A stretch of DNA of 63,987 nucleotides, the filler included, from Basidiobolus ranarum (taxonomy: Eukaryota), in assembly GCA_040143965.1 (NCBI GenBank). It is 6 parts of 6 records of this genome, joined end to end, with 100 filler letters (N's around TTAATTAATTAA, not from the genome) between each part and the next. Parts side by side here need not be neighbours in the genome. Positions count along the whole stretch, not along the records: positions 32,128 to 42,719 come from JASJQH010000690.1; positions 42,820 to 53,409 come from JASJQH010000691.1; 4 more parts are not named here. One strand, 5' to 3'. Position numbers and translations under genes: made by a program. Below, one piece after another: positions 39,245 through 51,081 of the stretch. The notes under the pieces were generated by a model. It was not told the DNA's origin. It was given only the letters and a program-made list of their open reading frames with translations, and did no database searches. Position 1 is the stretch's first letter, and the number at the start of each line of letters is the position of its first letter.

Positions 39245-42200
39245 TGTTGAGATTAGGGAAATAGCAATGCATTATTTAGTACTTAGTTTATTCATATTCT
39301 GATTACTCAGCACTCAATTCTGTCATTAAAAAATATATGTTTATTGCTCTAATTGATAGAAATATCAATTAGATCACTTTTACTACTGTTCACTATTTCC
39401 TCAAAACTTATCCATATCTCTTCAATTTCACACATGCTCTACAGGTATGTTTAGTATGATCTAAGTATGCCTAATAGTCTTATTTCATAATAAACTGTAA
39501 ATAGGACCTATTCATTTCATTCAAACTTATGCATCTAATTCACAATTCCAAATATTGTCCAAAACACTTCCAAATCCCTTACACACTTTTATCAGGTTAT
39601 GAGCACCAAGCCAGCTGTTAAAGGAATGTCTACCAGTACTAGTACCACCATTTTTACATCTATAGAGAAGTTTAATGGTGAAGACTTTCACCTTTCAAAG
39701 TTAAAGATGCAAATAATGCTAGAAAACAAGGACCATTGGGGATTTGTTACAGGAGACAAATAGAGCCAAAGGGACAACCAATAGCTATCCTTGCCATTCA
39801 CAAGAAGCAGAGGAAAGCACTCTCTACACTCTGTCTACATCTCAGAGACATTCAATTAAGGCTCATATAATCAGCTATGAATATCCAAAATGCTTGGGAA
39901 ACACTTGAGGGAATATATGAGACTAGAAGTCTGGCTAATAGCCTATATCTTAGGTGAAAATTATTCTTAATTCAGATTCAGTTTGATGATTCCATGCTGA
40001 ATCATTTAAATTGGATAAAAACTATGGTAGATCAGCTCTCATCCATTGGTTCACCTCTAAATGAAAGTGACTTAGTCATGACACTACTTGGGAGCTTGCT
40101 AGATGAGTTTGGGCACCACATAAATGCCCTGGAATCAAGATCAGAGCCATGAACAATGGAATAGGTTGGTGCTAGGCTTTTGAAAGAGGAATTCAGGAGT
40201 TAGAGTTCTCAGCAAAATAATGCATAACAGGAATTTTTTGTAGCTATGAAATGTCCAACAGGCTTCAATAATGGTGCCCCTAGTAGGAAATCAATCATTT
40301 GCAGTACTGCATGAAACTAGGCTATTTATTCAAAGATTACAGAATCAGGATTTTTGTGAAAATGCCAAAATTGGAGCAAGCTAATCAAGTGGGCAGTGAC
40401 AGGGACTATCTAGTTGTGTCTGCCCCATTAGTAACCACTAAAGAAGACTCAGAAATGTGGTACCTTGATGCAGGAGCTTCCCAGCATATGTCAAACAAGT
40501 AAGATAGGTTTTCAAGCTTAAAACCAGTCCATTCAAGAAAATTCTACTTGGCTGATGATATGCACTAGATGCAGCTTGTAAGGGCACAGTTGTATTCAAT
40601 TCAGACCAAAATTCAGCTACACCATCTGCAAAATTGGATGAAGTACTCTATGTATCAAATATAGCCAAGAATCTACTCTGAGTAAGCCAGGAACAACTCA
40701 AGGACTAAGTTTTGTGTTTAGCAAGGCAGGATGCAGTATCACAGATCAGAATTATACCAAATTAGTTACTGGGATCAAAACTCAAAACTTATACAAGCTG
40801 GGAATCAACAAGTTGCATTCTGAGCTTGCAAACTTGGCCAATACCAGTGAACAAGCTGTCAAACATGACATACAAGATTTGGCCACATCAGGGATCAAAC
40901 ACTGACCCAAACAATCCAAAATCAGCTACTTTCAGGTTTAGGAATTGAACATATCACTAGATTGGATCTGTGTGAAGGTTGCATATTTGGGACACATCAC
41001 AGACAGCCATTTTCAAGCTCTGAAGAGATCAAATCCACTCTGAATTTTGCCATGATTTATTCTGACCTATGTGGGCCCATGAAAAATGTCTTCCTAGGTG
41101 GGAAAAGATACTTTATGACCTTTATTGATGACTAAAGAAGAAATACTTGGGCAATCTTTCTCAAATCAAGAGCTGAAGACTTAGGTACATTCAAGCATTA
41201 CAAAGCAATGGCAGAGCAAGAAGCAGCACAAAAAATAAGGGTACTAAGATGTGATAATAGTGGAGAATACTACTCTAAAGACTTTGCTGGCTTTTACTCT
41301 AAACATGGAAATAAGCAACAAACTACTGTACCTTATACTCCACAGCTAATTGAAGTTGCAGAACTTGCTACAAGGACCATAGTGGAGATGGCAAGATTAA
41401 TGTTACATGATCAAGAGTTAGATTACCAATATAGCACTGAGTCTGTCTTCACTCCAGCCTAAATTAAATGCAGATGCTCAACAAGATTGTTGCAAAATTC
41501 TAGTCCATTTGAACCCTATATGGATCAAAACCAAATGAGGATCATCTCAGGATCTTTGGTTGCACAGCATATTGCCTAATTCCAGCTCAAAAATGCTCTA
41601 AATTGGAACTGAAAAGCATAATATGCATATTTCTTGGTCACTGTGATAGACCTAAGGCCTAAAGACTCTTTGATACCAAAATTCAAAAGTTAATCAAGTG
41701 CAAAAATGTGCTTTTTGATGAAAAAGTAAATATTTACCCTCAAATCACAGTTCTTAATCCAGAAAACACAAGCTGCACTATTTAGGAAGTGTCTGGCAAA
41801 ATTCCAGATGTATCCAAGATTGCTTCAGCCAAAATCCCAGTCACTTTTACAAAAGAAGATCATTCAGGACCCAGAAGACCATTCAGCAGAAGAAACAAGC
41901 CAGGAAACTAGTGGAAAACTTCCAATGAGGACTTATATGCTTATGCAGCATTTGGTGACAAACCACAGACTCTAGATCAAGCTGTGTAGTGTCCAGAATC
42001 CAAATTATAGGAAAAAGCAGTGTCAGATTAGTGACAGACTGCAGTGATGCAGACTGTGGAAGAAATTTTTATGATCAAAGATCAACAACTGGGTACACTT
42101 TTCTCTATGGTAATGGATCTATAACTTTGAATAGTAAGAAGCAACTAACCATAGCACTTTCCACTACAGAAGCAGATTATATGGCTGCCTCTGCAACTAC

Positions 42201-42482
42201 ACAAGCAGATATATGGTTAAAGAAGTAATTTATATGTTTAGGATACATGCAATAATGTGCTATTACTGTGACTGAAGATAATCAAAGATGCAATTCATTT
42301 GCCAGACCCCTACCTTTCATGTTAGAACAACACATAGAGATATTTGTTGAAATATATATATTAGATATATAGCTACTCATTATTAAGTACTTGGTGTAAT
42401 AAAATTTGGCCTATTTAGCACTCAATTCTGTCATAGAAAGACATGTGTTTATTGCTCTCATTGATAGAAATCTCACTAAGTA
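39245..42482 (+). mobile_element. Decayed Ty1/Copia retrotransposon: 5' LTR 39245-39594, PBS, gag-PR-IN, RNase H, partial 3' LTR 42345-~42482
   Basis: LTR TGTTG...ATCA; PBS GGTTATGAGC; EKFNGEDF gag start; WYLDAGASQHM; CEGCIFG; SDLCGPM; LRCDNSGEY; SDAD..G...QRSTTGY; IALSTTEADYMA. The 3' LTR shares AGCACTCAATTCTGTCAT...TTTATTGCTCT.ATTGATAGAAAT with the 5' LTR. Confidence 0.93.
39595..39604 (+). promoter_or_regulatory. Primer-binding site for an internal (half) tRNAi-Met
   Basis: GGTTATGAGC directly after the LTR terminal CA, complementary to the tRNAi-Met anticodon stem-loop, as in yeast Ty5 and Drosophila copia. Confidence 0.8.
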
Positions 42483-42484
42483 TT

Positions 42485-42608
42485 ACCAGTGTTTTTGAAT
42501 CCAGAGAGAAGCTTGATGGTGAAGACTCTCCCCTTTGAATTTTCAAGATGCAAATGATGCTAGATGACAAGTACGTTTTTGGATTTGTTACAGGAGAAGA
42601 AATAGAGC
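42485..42608 (+). pseudogene. Second copy of the Copia gag 5' end
   Basis: GAGAAGCTTGATGGTGAAGACT...AAGATGCAAATGATGCTAGA...GGATTTGTTACAGGAGA aligns with ~39650-39770. Confidence 0.8.
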
Positions 42609-42719
42609 CCCTAACAGAAATTTGAGGATTGTTATTGTAGGAAAACCATCACAATTTTAATCCATTTGGGATTGACCGTTTACTTACCGTCATAAAATCG
42701 TCAAGTTAGATTTGATTTT
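42609..42719 (+). mobile_element. Young DNA element end (CCCTAACAGAAAT...), truncated by contig end
   Basis: Starts with the inverted counterpart of the TGTTAGGG ends; homologous to 37170-37290; interrupts the gag copy. Confidence 0.6.
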
Positions 42720-42819
42720 NNNNNNNNNNNNNNNNNNNNNNNNNNNNNNNNNNNNNNNNNNNNTTAATTAATTAANNNNNNNNNNNNNNNNNNNNNNNNN
42801 NNNNNNNNNNNNNNNNNNN
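42720..42819. other. Artificial contig linker
   Basis: N44-TTAATTAATTAA-N44. Confidence 0.99.
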
Positions 42820-43335
42820 GCACAACAGATATATCGCGGACGTCGAATTGTTTGGGGAAAGATAGACGCGGTTGAAAAAGCCCTACCAGAGTATGATTGG
42901 TTACTTTGGCTTGATATGGATGCAGTGATCATGAATGAGGACATTCGAGTGGAGGATATCTTGGAGGAATTTCGTCGGGATTTGGGGGATGATTTATTTT
43001 CTAAAAAGAGTTTGTTCGTGACTAAACCAAAACGGGATCCTATGATTAATGCTGGAGTGTTTCTTCTCAAGAATTCCCAATGGTCACTCGACTACCTTCG
43101 CGAGGTACAACACAGACAGGAAAATTACAACACCGTACTCTACGAACAGCGTGCTATGTGGAATGTGGCACGCGAACCCAAATGGGCCGAGGGTGCTCAT
43201 ATCTTCGGAGATACTAGCGTGTTTAATACATTCCCTAACAGCTATGTTCCAGGGAATTTCGTGGTGCATTTCGCACCAGCTGGTTGCCCTGCAGAGGAGG
43301 TCACGCAAGCGCTGAAGAAAAACAAGCACAGGTAA
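42820..43335 (+). CDS. GT34 glycosyltransferase (Mnn10/Gma12-like), C-terminal part
   Basis: VWGKIDAV...YDWLLWLDMDAVIMN (DxD), INAGVFLLKNSQWS, YEQRAM, PGNFVVHFA. Confidence 0.9.
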   Translation, partial: AQQIYRGRRIVWGKIDAVEKALPEYDWLLWLDMDAVIMNEDIRVEDILEEFRRDLGDDLFSKKSLFVTKPKRDPMINAGVFLLKNSQWSLDYLREVQHRQENYNTVLYEQRAMWNVAREPKWAEGAHIFGDTSVFNTFPNSYVPGNFVVHFAPAGCPAEEVTQALKKNKHR

Positions 43336-45800
43336 TCATATGTATGGTGCCATGTTATTTCGTTCATTGGACTTGGTCTACAAGTCTCCATGTGTATATC
43401 TGTTAATCCACTCTCCACCTACCCTCCAGAAAGTTCCAATTTAATAATTCCCTAGAATGATATTCCATTTTTCTGTATAGTATGATTATATTAAAAACCA
43501 GTGAACCATATATAGACACAGTTAAAAATTCCCTTCGTTCATGTTTATAGAGCATTAGAAAGAACCACATCCGGTGCTACTCTAAGCTCTGCCACTCATA
43601 GTAATTAGAACGAATCAGACCTAAAAGTGATCCACATTCCATCCTAGTTGCTTCAAGTAGCTTTTATTATATGAAAGTCGTTGGCGAGCACTTTTTTCTC
43701 ATGTACTACATAGTATCGTACCAATTCCTTATTGGTTGGATGGCTTGATAGCCATATTTCTACTAACGTCATAGATAAAGAGAATACTATCTCGCACAGC
43801 TTGTTGAGAGCTGTTTGTTCTTCCTGCGAACGGTATATCCGGCCAATGTTTGAGCTTGAATCTGTTTGGATCATATCAGGTTTATTGGCGGTGAAACGTT
43901 GTAGCCCATCGATTTTTAAGTAGCAGTAGTTATCAAGCGCAACTTGGGTATCGCTTTCAGACAGTGGAGTTTCAATCTACTTGTGGCAACTCAACTCCAA
44001 ATCCGTATTTGGACGATAGGTTGGACAGTCTTGAAATAGCCACGAACTAATCTGCTATTCTTAGACCCGAGACACCTAGCAGTTGCGGCCTGCTTGTCCA
44101 AAGTTCACATGGGAGTAGTTACACTCTAATCTAAGTCACCATCCCCTATCGTATCACCTGTCACAAAATACAGAAGACTTGAAATGTGAGCGAAAATTCA
44201 AGCCACAATACTGGATCCAACCATGTCTAACAACGCGGGAGTGCTCACGATTGGGTGGGTGAGACATTCAACAGGATTTCATGGAGATTGTAATGTGAGA
44301 TTCAAACACAACTCATTCCACAGCGATTAGATCACATGAACCATTTCCTTATTGGGTAAATGAATTTATTCCGTCATCGACCATGGTTGAGTGCGTTTGA
44401 AGCCTTGAATGGATTTTCAATGTTACGATGTTTATGGTTATGTCGGACCTGTATACGGTGACAGTTTAACCCTGGAGCACAGCATTCGCTTCACTACAGA
44501 ATACCTCTAACCCTCTGAAAATCTTCTCGAGTGATGGTTCTTCTGTAAGCTGGAGACTCATTTGTTCTTCACCAATAGTAACATCCTTGCTACTCAATCC
44601 CAGGTCACCTTCATTCTGTTCACCATGTAAGTTTTGCTTAGAAGTAGTCACGGGCCCCATTCTAACCTACTGATAATCAACCATCACTAAGACACCAGTT
44701 CGGGTGACATGTGACCTAGCCATCACTTGTTAAATAGAAGAAACTTTCAGTGGCATAAAGTTAAATCCATTAGATCGTATCGATGATTACCTACATCAGT
44801 GATCCCATAGATTAATCATAGAATGAGATAGCGAGTAGCATACCATTACAAATGATTCGTCTTCAACAAGTACATCCAAAGGCTGTGACTTGGTAGAAGA
44901 ACGTAAAGAAGTATGTATTAATCTATTGGTAACTCACTCCGGTGGAGAGTGATCTATACATATATGAGTAAATATGTGGTAAACCTCGAGATTTCCACTA
45001 GCCAAGTCTCGAAATCCTGCCATGACGTCATAATGAACCTCATTTTATTATTTTATAGTGGCTAAATTAATGCTATAATTCTAAAATTTTCAACCAAATT
45101 AATCATCAAATAGTTTACTTCATTTTTGGGATTTAATTTAAATGAAGTTAAGCGTGGAGGAACATTTCCATCATATATATCTTGATTAAGTCGATTTTTA
45201 TATATATCCACTCCGAATTGTAACTAAGTGAAACTTTAACAGAAATCCTTTTCTATGCTTTCAATATTCAGTGGCTGTTTCATATGGTTCAACTCTATAG
45301 CACTGGGTTACTATGACCAACGGCCACAGTTTTGGCTGAAAGAAGCTACATGTTAAGTGGTGAACTTCGTGGTTTGTTGGAGATCAAGAAAAGTACATAA
45401 GATCCATATATTTAGCTCTATCAATTGAAAATATATTTCATTTTTGAATGCCATTGCACTTAATATGGTCAACTTTTGAAATTATGGGAAACCTTTATAA
45501 TACTAATGGCTAGTAAAAAGCTACTTTGACTTCTGGGATAGAGAGTTCCGCGTTAAATCTCATTAAAATAGTCAATTCTAACAAATGGACATGTAGTAGT
45601 AATATAGTCATGTTTCGCCGTTGGTTAGTTGATCCTATGCAAACATATTTCTCAAACTTTCAAGTGTTGCTCCAAAGGTCATTGTGCTTAACGGTAAATG
45701 TTCTTATATTACAGCTGAATGATGAATTTATGGCGAATATTGAGTCTTTGTGAAGATGGTATCAGGATATGCAAAGGCTTTTTTGAACTCAAGATGTTTA

Positions 45801-46139
45801 TGTTGAAATACGCATAGCCTAAACACCTATATAGTCATATATAGCTTAGTATTTAGCTAATCCATATTGAACTAAGATAGCACCTCAAGAGGAATTTACT
45901 TACAGTATTCTTACCAACTCAGAAGTCTCAGATATACATATTTTACAAACTTGTGCTAGAAGCCCCAAACTTTGCACCCAAGTTGGTGGGACTTTTCTGA
46001 ACATATTCTACACGTGTATTTCTCCCATCTCGCCAAAACCATAAATGTCAACTTTTCACTCAATATATCAATATGGGAAAACCATCAGTTTTTCTAGTTC
46101 TTCAAACCACCTCCTACCAACTCCCGAAATATTTCAGCA
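45801..46139 (+). mobile_element. Solo LTR, family 1
   Basis: TGTTGAAATACGCATAGCCTAAACACCTATATAGTC...AAACTTGTGCTAGAAGCCCCAAACTTTGCAC...ATTTCAGCA. Confidence 0.82.
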
Positions 46140-49100
46140 AAATGAGTCTTTGCAATAGTCAGAAAGAGGGGGGAGGGGGAGTGGAGTATTTCAGAAGTTT
46201 TGAGCAACCTATAAAATTTTTCTTTTTTGCAATATTTTTAAGATGTATTCAATGAGGATGTCACAACTTCGATTTTGGTGTATACTGCTTTAGATTTTCT
46301 ACATCATATTTATCTATATATCCAACTATATCACATATCACAATATCTTGATTCCATATATATTAGCTGAGTAGCGGCTAGCTCAATGTTTATCTGTACC
46401 CTAGTGAATTAACCAAGTTGAACTTGAAATTTAACGGATGCTTAAACAAATCCTAGGATGCTACACCTTTGTTACAGGTGATTGAATTGATAACATTTGC
46501 AATCCTTTCAAAATCCAGACAAGAAAGTTGTAATTTTCAGTATTCAATATGAACATTTAGATGATTATCCCTACTACATCAGCAGTTCACTCTCACAGAT
46601 ACTCTTCACAAGAATAAATATGAAGATCACAACTTTCAACAGAAACATGAGATGGACATATTTAAGCGGATAGTTTCCGTATCTACTCCTTCAACTACTT
46701 TATCACATTGGCCAGTTTTCCTGGAAATTTCTAACAATCAAGATACCATTGGCTTACCATTCCATTGCTTGCTTGGTTGTTATCTAAGAACTATATATTA
46801 CTCACATAGAGATGTCAATATCCCCCATAACATAAGTTTCGCGCCTCATTAATTGTATATTAAACTTGGAATTTTTAGAATTTTGCTTCTTGATACTTGC
46901 GATTGATTTCGCAGTAAAATAATCCTAGTATTGTTGACAAATGGATGTGGCAAAATACTTGAATTCAGCATCCAAAACATTGACATGCCTGTCACATATA
47001 ATATTTATTTAAAATGTATTGCCACACTGCAGTAGAATTGGGAGTGCAATTGGAAGTGTATAGGATAAGTAGAAGTAATATATGATTTATATGTAATACT
47101 CTATATTACAATAGGATGGTGTTATTCGAATGCTGAGGAGGATGGGAAAGGGTTTCAAAACTCTTCTTTTTCTTAACATGGGATAGATATCAGAAGATGA
47201 AATCTTCGAATTGATCTAAAATTTACCAAACTTTTTCTGAAACTTCCTAGTATCCTAGTAACCATGTGTTAGTGCTTAAGTCCAATGTGGCAACATCCTC
47301 GATACCTGACACTGGCTTGAAACCACATACAAGCAGTATCTATATGGTGGCACTATTGTAATCATGCACTATCTTGATCAATTAATAACTTTACCAATAC
47401 TCGGTCTGAGTCTGTTTCCATAAGAATAAACACTAATTAATGGGCTGAAGAGCCATTCTTTATCTCTACTCCTATCCTGGATTCAGAGACTCCCAGGCAA
47501 TTCTCTCGATAATGGGAATGCTTCGAAACTGCAAGTAAATGAGAAATCACATATTTTGGGTTTGGCACTAGAAAGCAATCATTTTCGCTGCATTAAATAA
47601 GCTATCATGATGAATAATTTGCTATCGAAACTACTATGACAAACTACACTGCCAACGTGCAGCGAGGCATTTGCTGGCTATCAATGTATTGGTGGAGTAT
47701 GTACTGCTATATATAGCCTGTTAATGTCGAACCTTGTGTCGGCATTCCTGTTGAAGTTCACATAGCTTGACTAACATCTCTCTCTTTCTACAACACATCA
47801 GAATTGGTACGGCCAAAGCATTATGTGATCTGAAAAGACACTGACCTGAAAAGACAAGCACCAGAATGTGAATCTCTTATTAGGACTGCAAGTATTTATG
47901 TTGAATATGCTTAGTAACTGTCAATCTGTGCCACATGTTACCGATAATTGAATCTAAATACATGGGTCAAGACAGCTGAATAAAATCGCAACCAAGCTTA
48001 CCTAACCATATATAATGGCTTAGGGGAAATCGGGCTCATATTTTCCCGATACAATTGAAAAAGGAATGCTTTGTTGGATCGTGGACTTCATAGTATATTC
48101 ATCACCAACGCTGAAATAGAATTGTGATTCCAAAATCGGCGCAGAACAAACACGACCATTACTAGTTATATGCTGAAGTCACATTCTTAATCTGGCAGTG
48201 GTACAAGTATGGAAATCGAGGTGGCCCAATTTATACTCCTTCATTTACTGGTCCATCTTTGTAATACTGCCGAGACAGGTGTGAATTGCTTTTAACTTTT
48301 GAATTCAGCATTTTTGGTGTGGTGCTACAGCTGTCCAGGATACCATTTCATGACATTTCCCATTATGCTCCAAAAGCGGATCCATTCCATTGTAAAGCTT
48401 ATTTAATCGGCAAGCCGTGGTTGATCAGAGTTATCCAACACGTAGCAGGGGTTTCTTGGGCTATGGCCAATCTTCTATTTTGGAGAGGACATTTCAAGGC
48501 ACATTCCGGTTTAAATATGCGATAATCTAGTGCTGGGAGAAACCATTTGAGGTGGCTGAGAGCATCTTCTTGAGTGATGTGGCTGAGATACTCCCGTTGG
48601 CTGGGAATAAACACCACAAGCAAGTATTTCCAGGGATATCTTGGATGTAATTACAACTTTGTCCCTCTAAGCTCCGATTTTTCAGTTAGTATCTAAGCAG
48701 CGATCAGGTATGTTCGAGATAAACCTCATCAAGAATATATGTGTTGTCTGATGGATATTGGTGGCCTGATTATATTTGTACAACACAGAGCGCTTTTTTT
48801 GCAGAATAGCAATGCTCTGTGCAGAATCCCATATTTATGAAATCTCTGCATTCTTCTCTATCAAATCCAAATATCATGAAATCCCGAGTTTCCGACCGGA
48901 GCGGCTTCCTCCGATCAAACAATATTTGCAACATACATATCACGTGGCTTTGTCGACACATAGGTTAGTCACAGAACCAACCCATCATTGCTGTAGGTAG
49001 ATGCAAAACATATACGACGCTCCCATGAAATTGACCATTGGATGTTCTACAAGATTCTGATCTTCATCTGATTTTATCCTCTGGTTTCTTAAAACATCGA

Positions 49101-50247
49101 CTGGATGTTGTATGTTGCAGGCGTTGCTGTTGTACATCTGAAACGAGGCGAGTCTCTCAAACTAGCCTCGGCGGAAACTATGATCTAGTCAAACCTGGAT
49201 TGATTATCACTCACAACAACAGTACCACTTGGCGAACAATCATCCGAAATTAAGCCGAAAGATTGAATCGATCATATGAAATCACATAATGGCCTTTGTG
49301 GATTGATGATTCCAGAATGAGACGTTGATTCATTGGGTGAACGAATCATGAACACTCACAGCTGCTTTTGGCACCAAACTCTGTAATCATTTCACATATC
49401 TTGCCGTTCATGCGTAAGCGAAGCTTGGCCGGCCCTATATGCGTAGAGCGTGTCGTAAGTTTCGTATTTTTTGTTGCTTATGTCATGGAAGCAAACCCAA
49501 TTCCTAGTATCAACACTTGAGAGCTCGTCAGTCCGACTTCTATATATATGTTGAGAACATTGTGATGGTGACGAAGACGCATTCGAGACAGTTTGAATGC
49601 TGGATCGTGATGTCTCATATGATGAATCAACAACAGGTTTCTTGGCATTTCTGGTTGCTGATCTAACACAGATTTGTTTCACTGACAAAACACGGGAAAT
49701 CGCTGATCCGTCGAAACATGGATCTGGCAACGCAGATGGAACGTCACATCGATTGAATCACTTCATTTTGAATTACTCCACATATGAAAGCTAAATGGTT
49801 GCTTTGTTTCACCTATGTGCAACACCAGATCACGCTTCCTTCCTGATATCATCTGTTTCTAGTTTTGTAGTCGCCTAGTTTATTGTCACGAGCAATGGCA
49901 AGATGATAGGTGGATCCATGGATAAGGTTGGATTTGAATTTCTTTCCAAAAGAATTCCATATTCAGCCATGCTGCTCAGTGGTGATGCACACCCTCAAAC
50001 CTGAAGCCAAGCTAAATTTATATCAGCCGGAAAGGTTATAAGGCCTGTCAAATAGAATATATATCGGCCTCAGGTCCCTCAGTTTGTCTGATCATTTACT
50101 AAGATAAACATCTCTGCCCCTTTTTATTCTTCTCTGCTTCTGTGGAGCTCTTTGTAAACATACTCGATACAAATCTTACAGTGTTTATAGAATTTCCTTC
50201 TCTTATATCTGTGTCTACACCGTTACTTGATCTTATTCCCGTTGGTA

Positions 50248-51081
50248 ATGTCTATCATGATTGAAGTTCCAATGGTAGACGCTGCGTCTACTTCATTTCC
50301 GCAACGACGCGCCTTTCCCAAGTCGGTTTTCTTGGCCTGTTATGGGTACCCAATACTGTTTATCTTGCTGCACTTTGTATTCCGTTACAACAAGTTCTAT
50401 CAGTCTTTACGCCCCTTACACCGCTTCCAGTTTCGGAACAAACTTGTCGCTACTCTGCACGCAGCAGTGGCCACCTTCTGTGCTATGAGAATTGCCTTCT
50501 TCAGTGATTGGTCGCAGCTTCACCTCATCTACAATGACCACCCAGAGACAAAATTTGTTACAGGCCTTGAGTTAGGGTATCTATTTCAAGACACCATCTC
50601 CGAGCTTTATAAAGCGGCTCGTTTTGGAATCTACGACAAAGTTACTTTAATTCACCATTTGGCTTTCTCAACAGGGATAGTATACTACTTGGTGATATAC
50701 GGAGGACCGGCTAAAGGTGATTATTTCATCGCACTAATTCTTTTGATGAATGCCTCAACTCCCTTATTACATTTACGTTGGGTATTTGAAAAGATGGAGG
50801 TTGTCGGCCTAAAGTTATGGAGTGTCAACATCGGGTTGATAGGATTATTCTTCACATGTAGACTCTATCTGGTCTATTTCATGTACTGGATCTATGCGTA
50901 CAGACATCATGAGCCATGGTATATGACCATGTTTCGAATTCCTTGGTTTTGCACTGTATTTTCATCTGCTCTGATCATCTTGAACGGAGGGTGGCTCTAT
51001 GCCTTGTGCAAAAGAATATTCGCCTCGAAGACAAGCAGCTGTGAAACCCCCGTCATTGTTCTTAAGCCGAAGGACTCATGA
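50248..51081 (+). CDS. TLC (TRAM/LAG1/CLN8) domain membrane protein
   Basis: Intronless multi-TM ORF with LVATLHA, GYLFQDT, LIHHL, LMNASTPLLHLRW, FFTCRL, LN..W. Confidence 0.88.
   Translation: MSIMIEVPMVDAASTSFPQRRAFPKSVFLACYGYPILFILLHFVFRYNKFYQSLRPLHRFQFRNKLVATLHAAVATFCAMRIAFFSDWSQLHLIYNDHPETKFVTGLELGYLFQDTISELYKAARFGIYDKVTLIHHLAFSTGIVYYLVIYGGPAKGDYFIALILLMNASTPLLHLRWVFEKMEVVGLKLWSVNIGLIGLFFTCRLYLVYFMYWIYAYRHHEPWYMTMFRIPWFCTVFSSALIILNGGWLYALCKRIFASKTSSCETPVIVLKPKDS

Noticed and set aside
48000-49800. Faint resemblances to a LINE RT tail (WKYLLV, INWAT) and a RecQ helicase motif (SFRPE...VALST)
   Set aside because: Fragments are too short and degenerate to support without a profile search.
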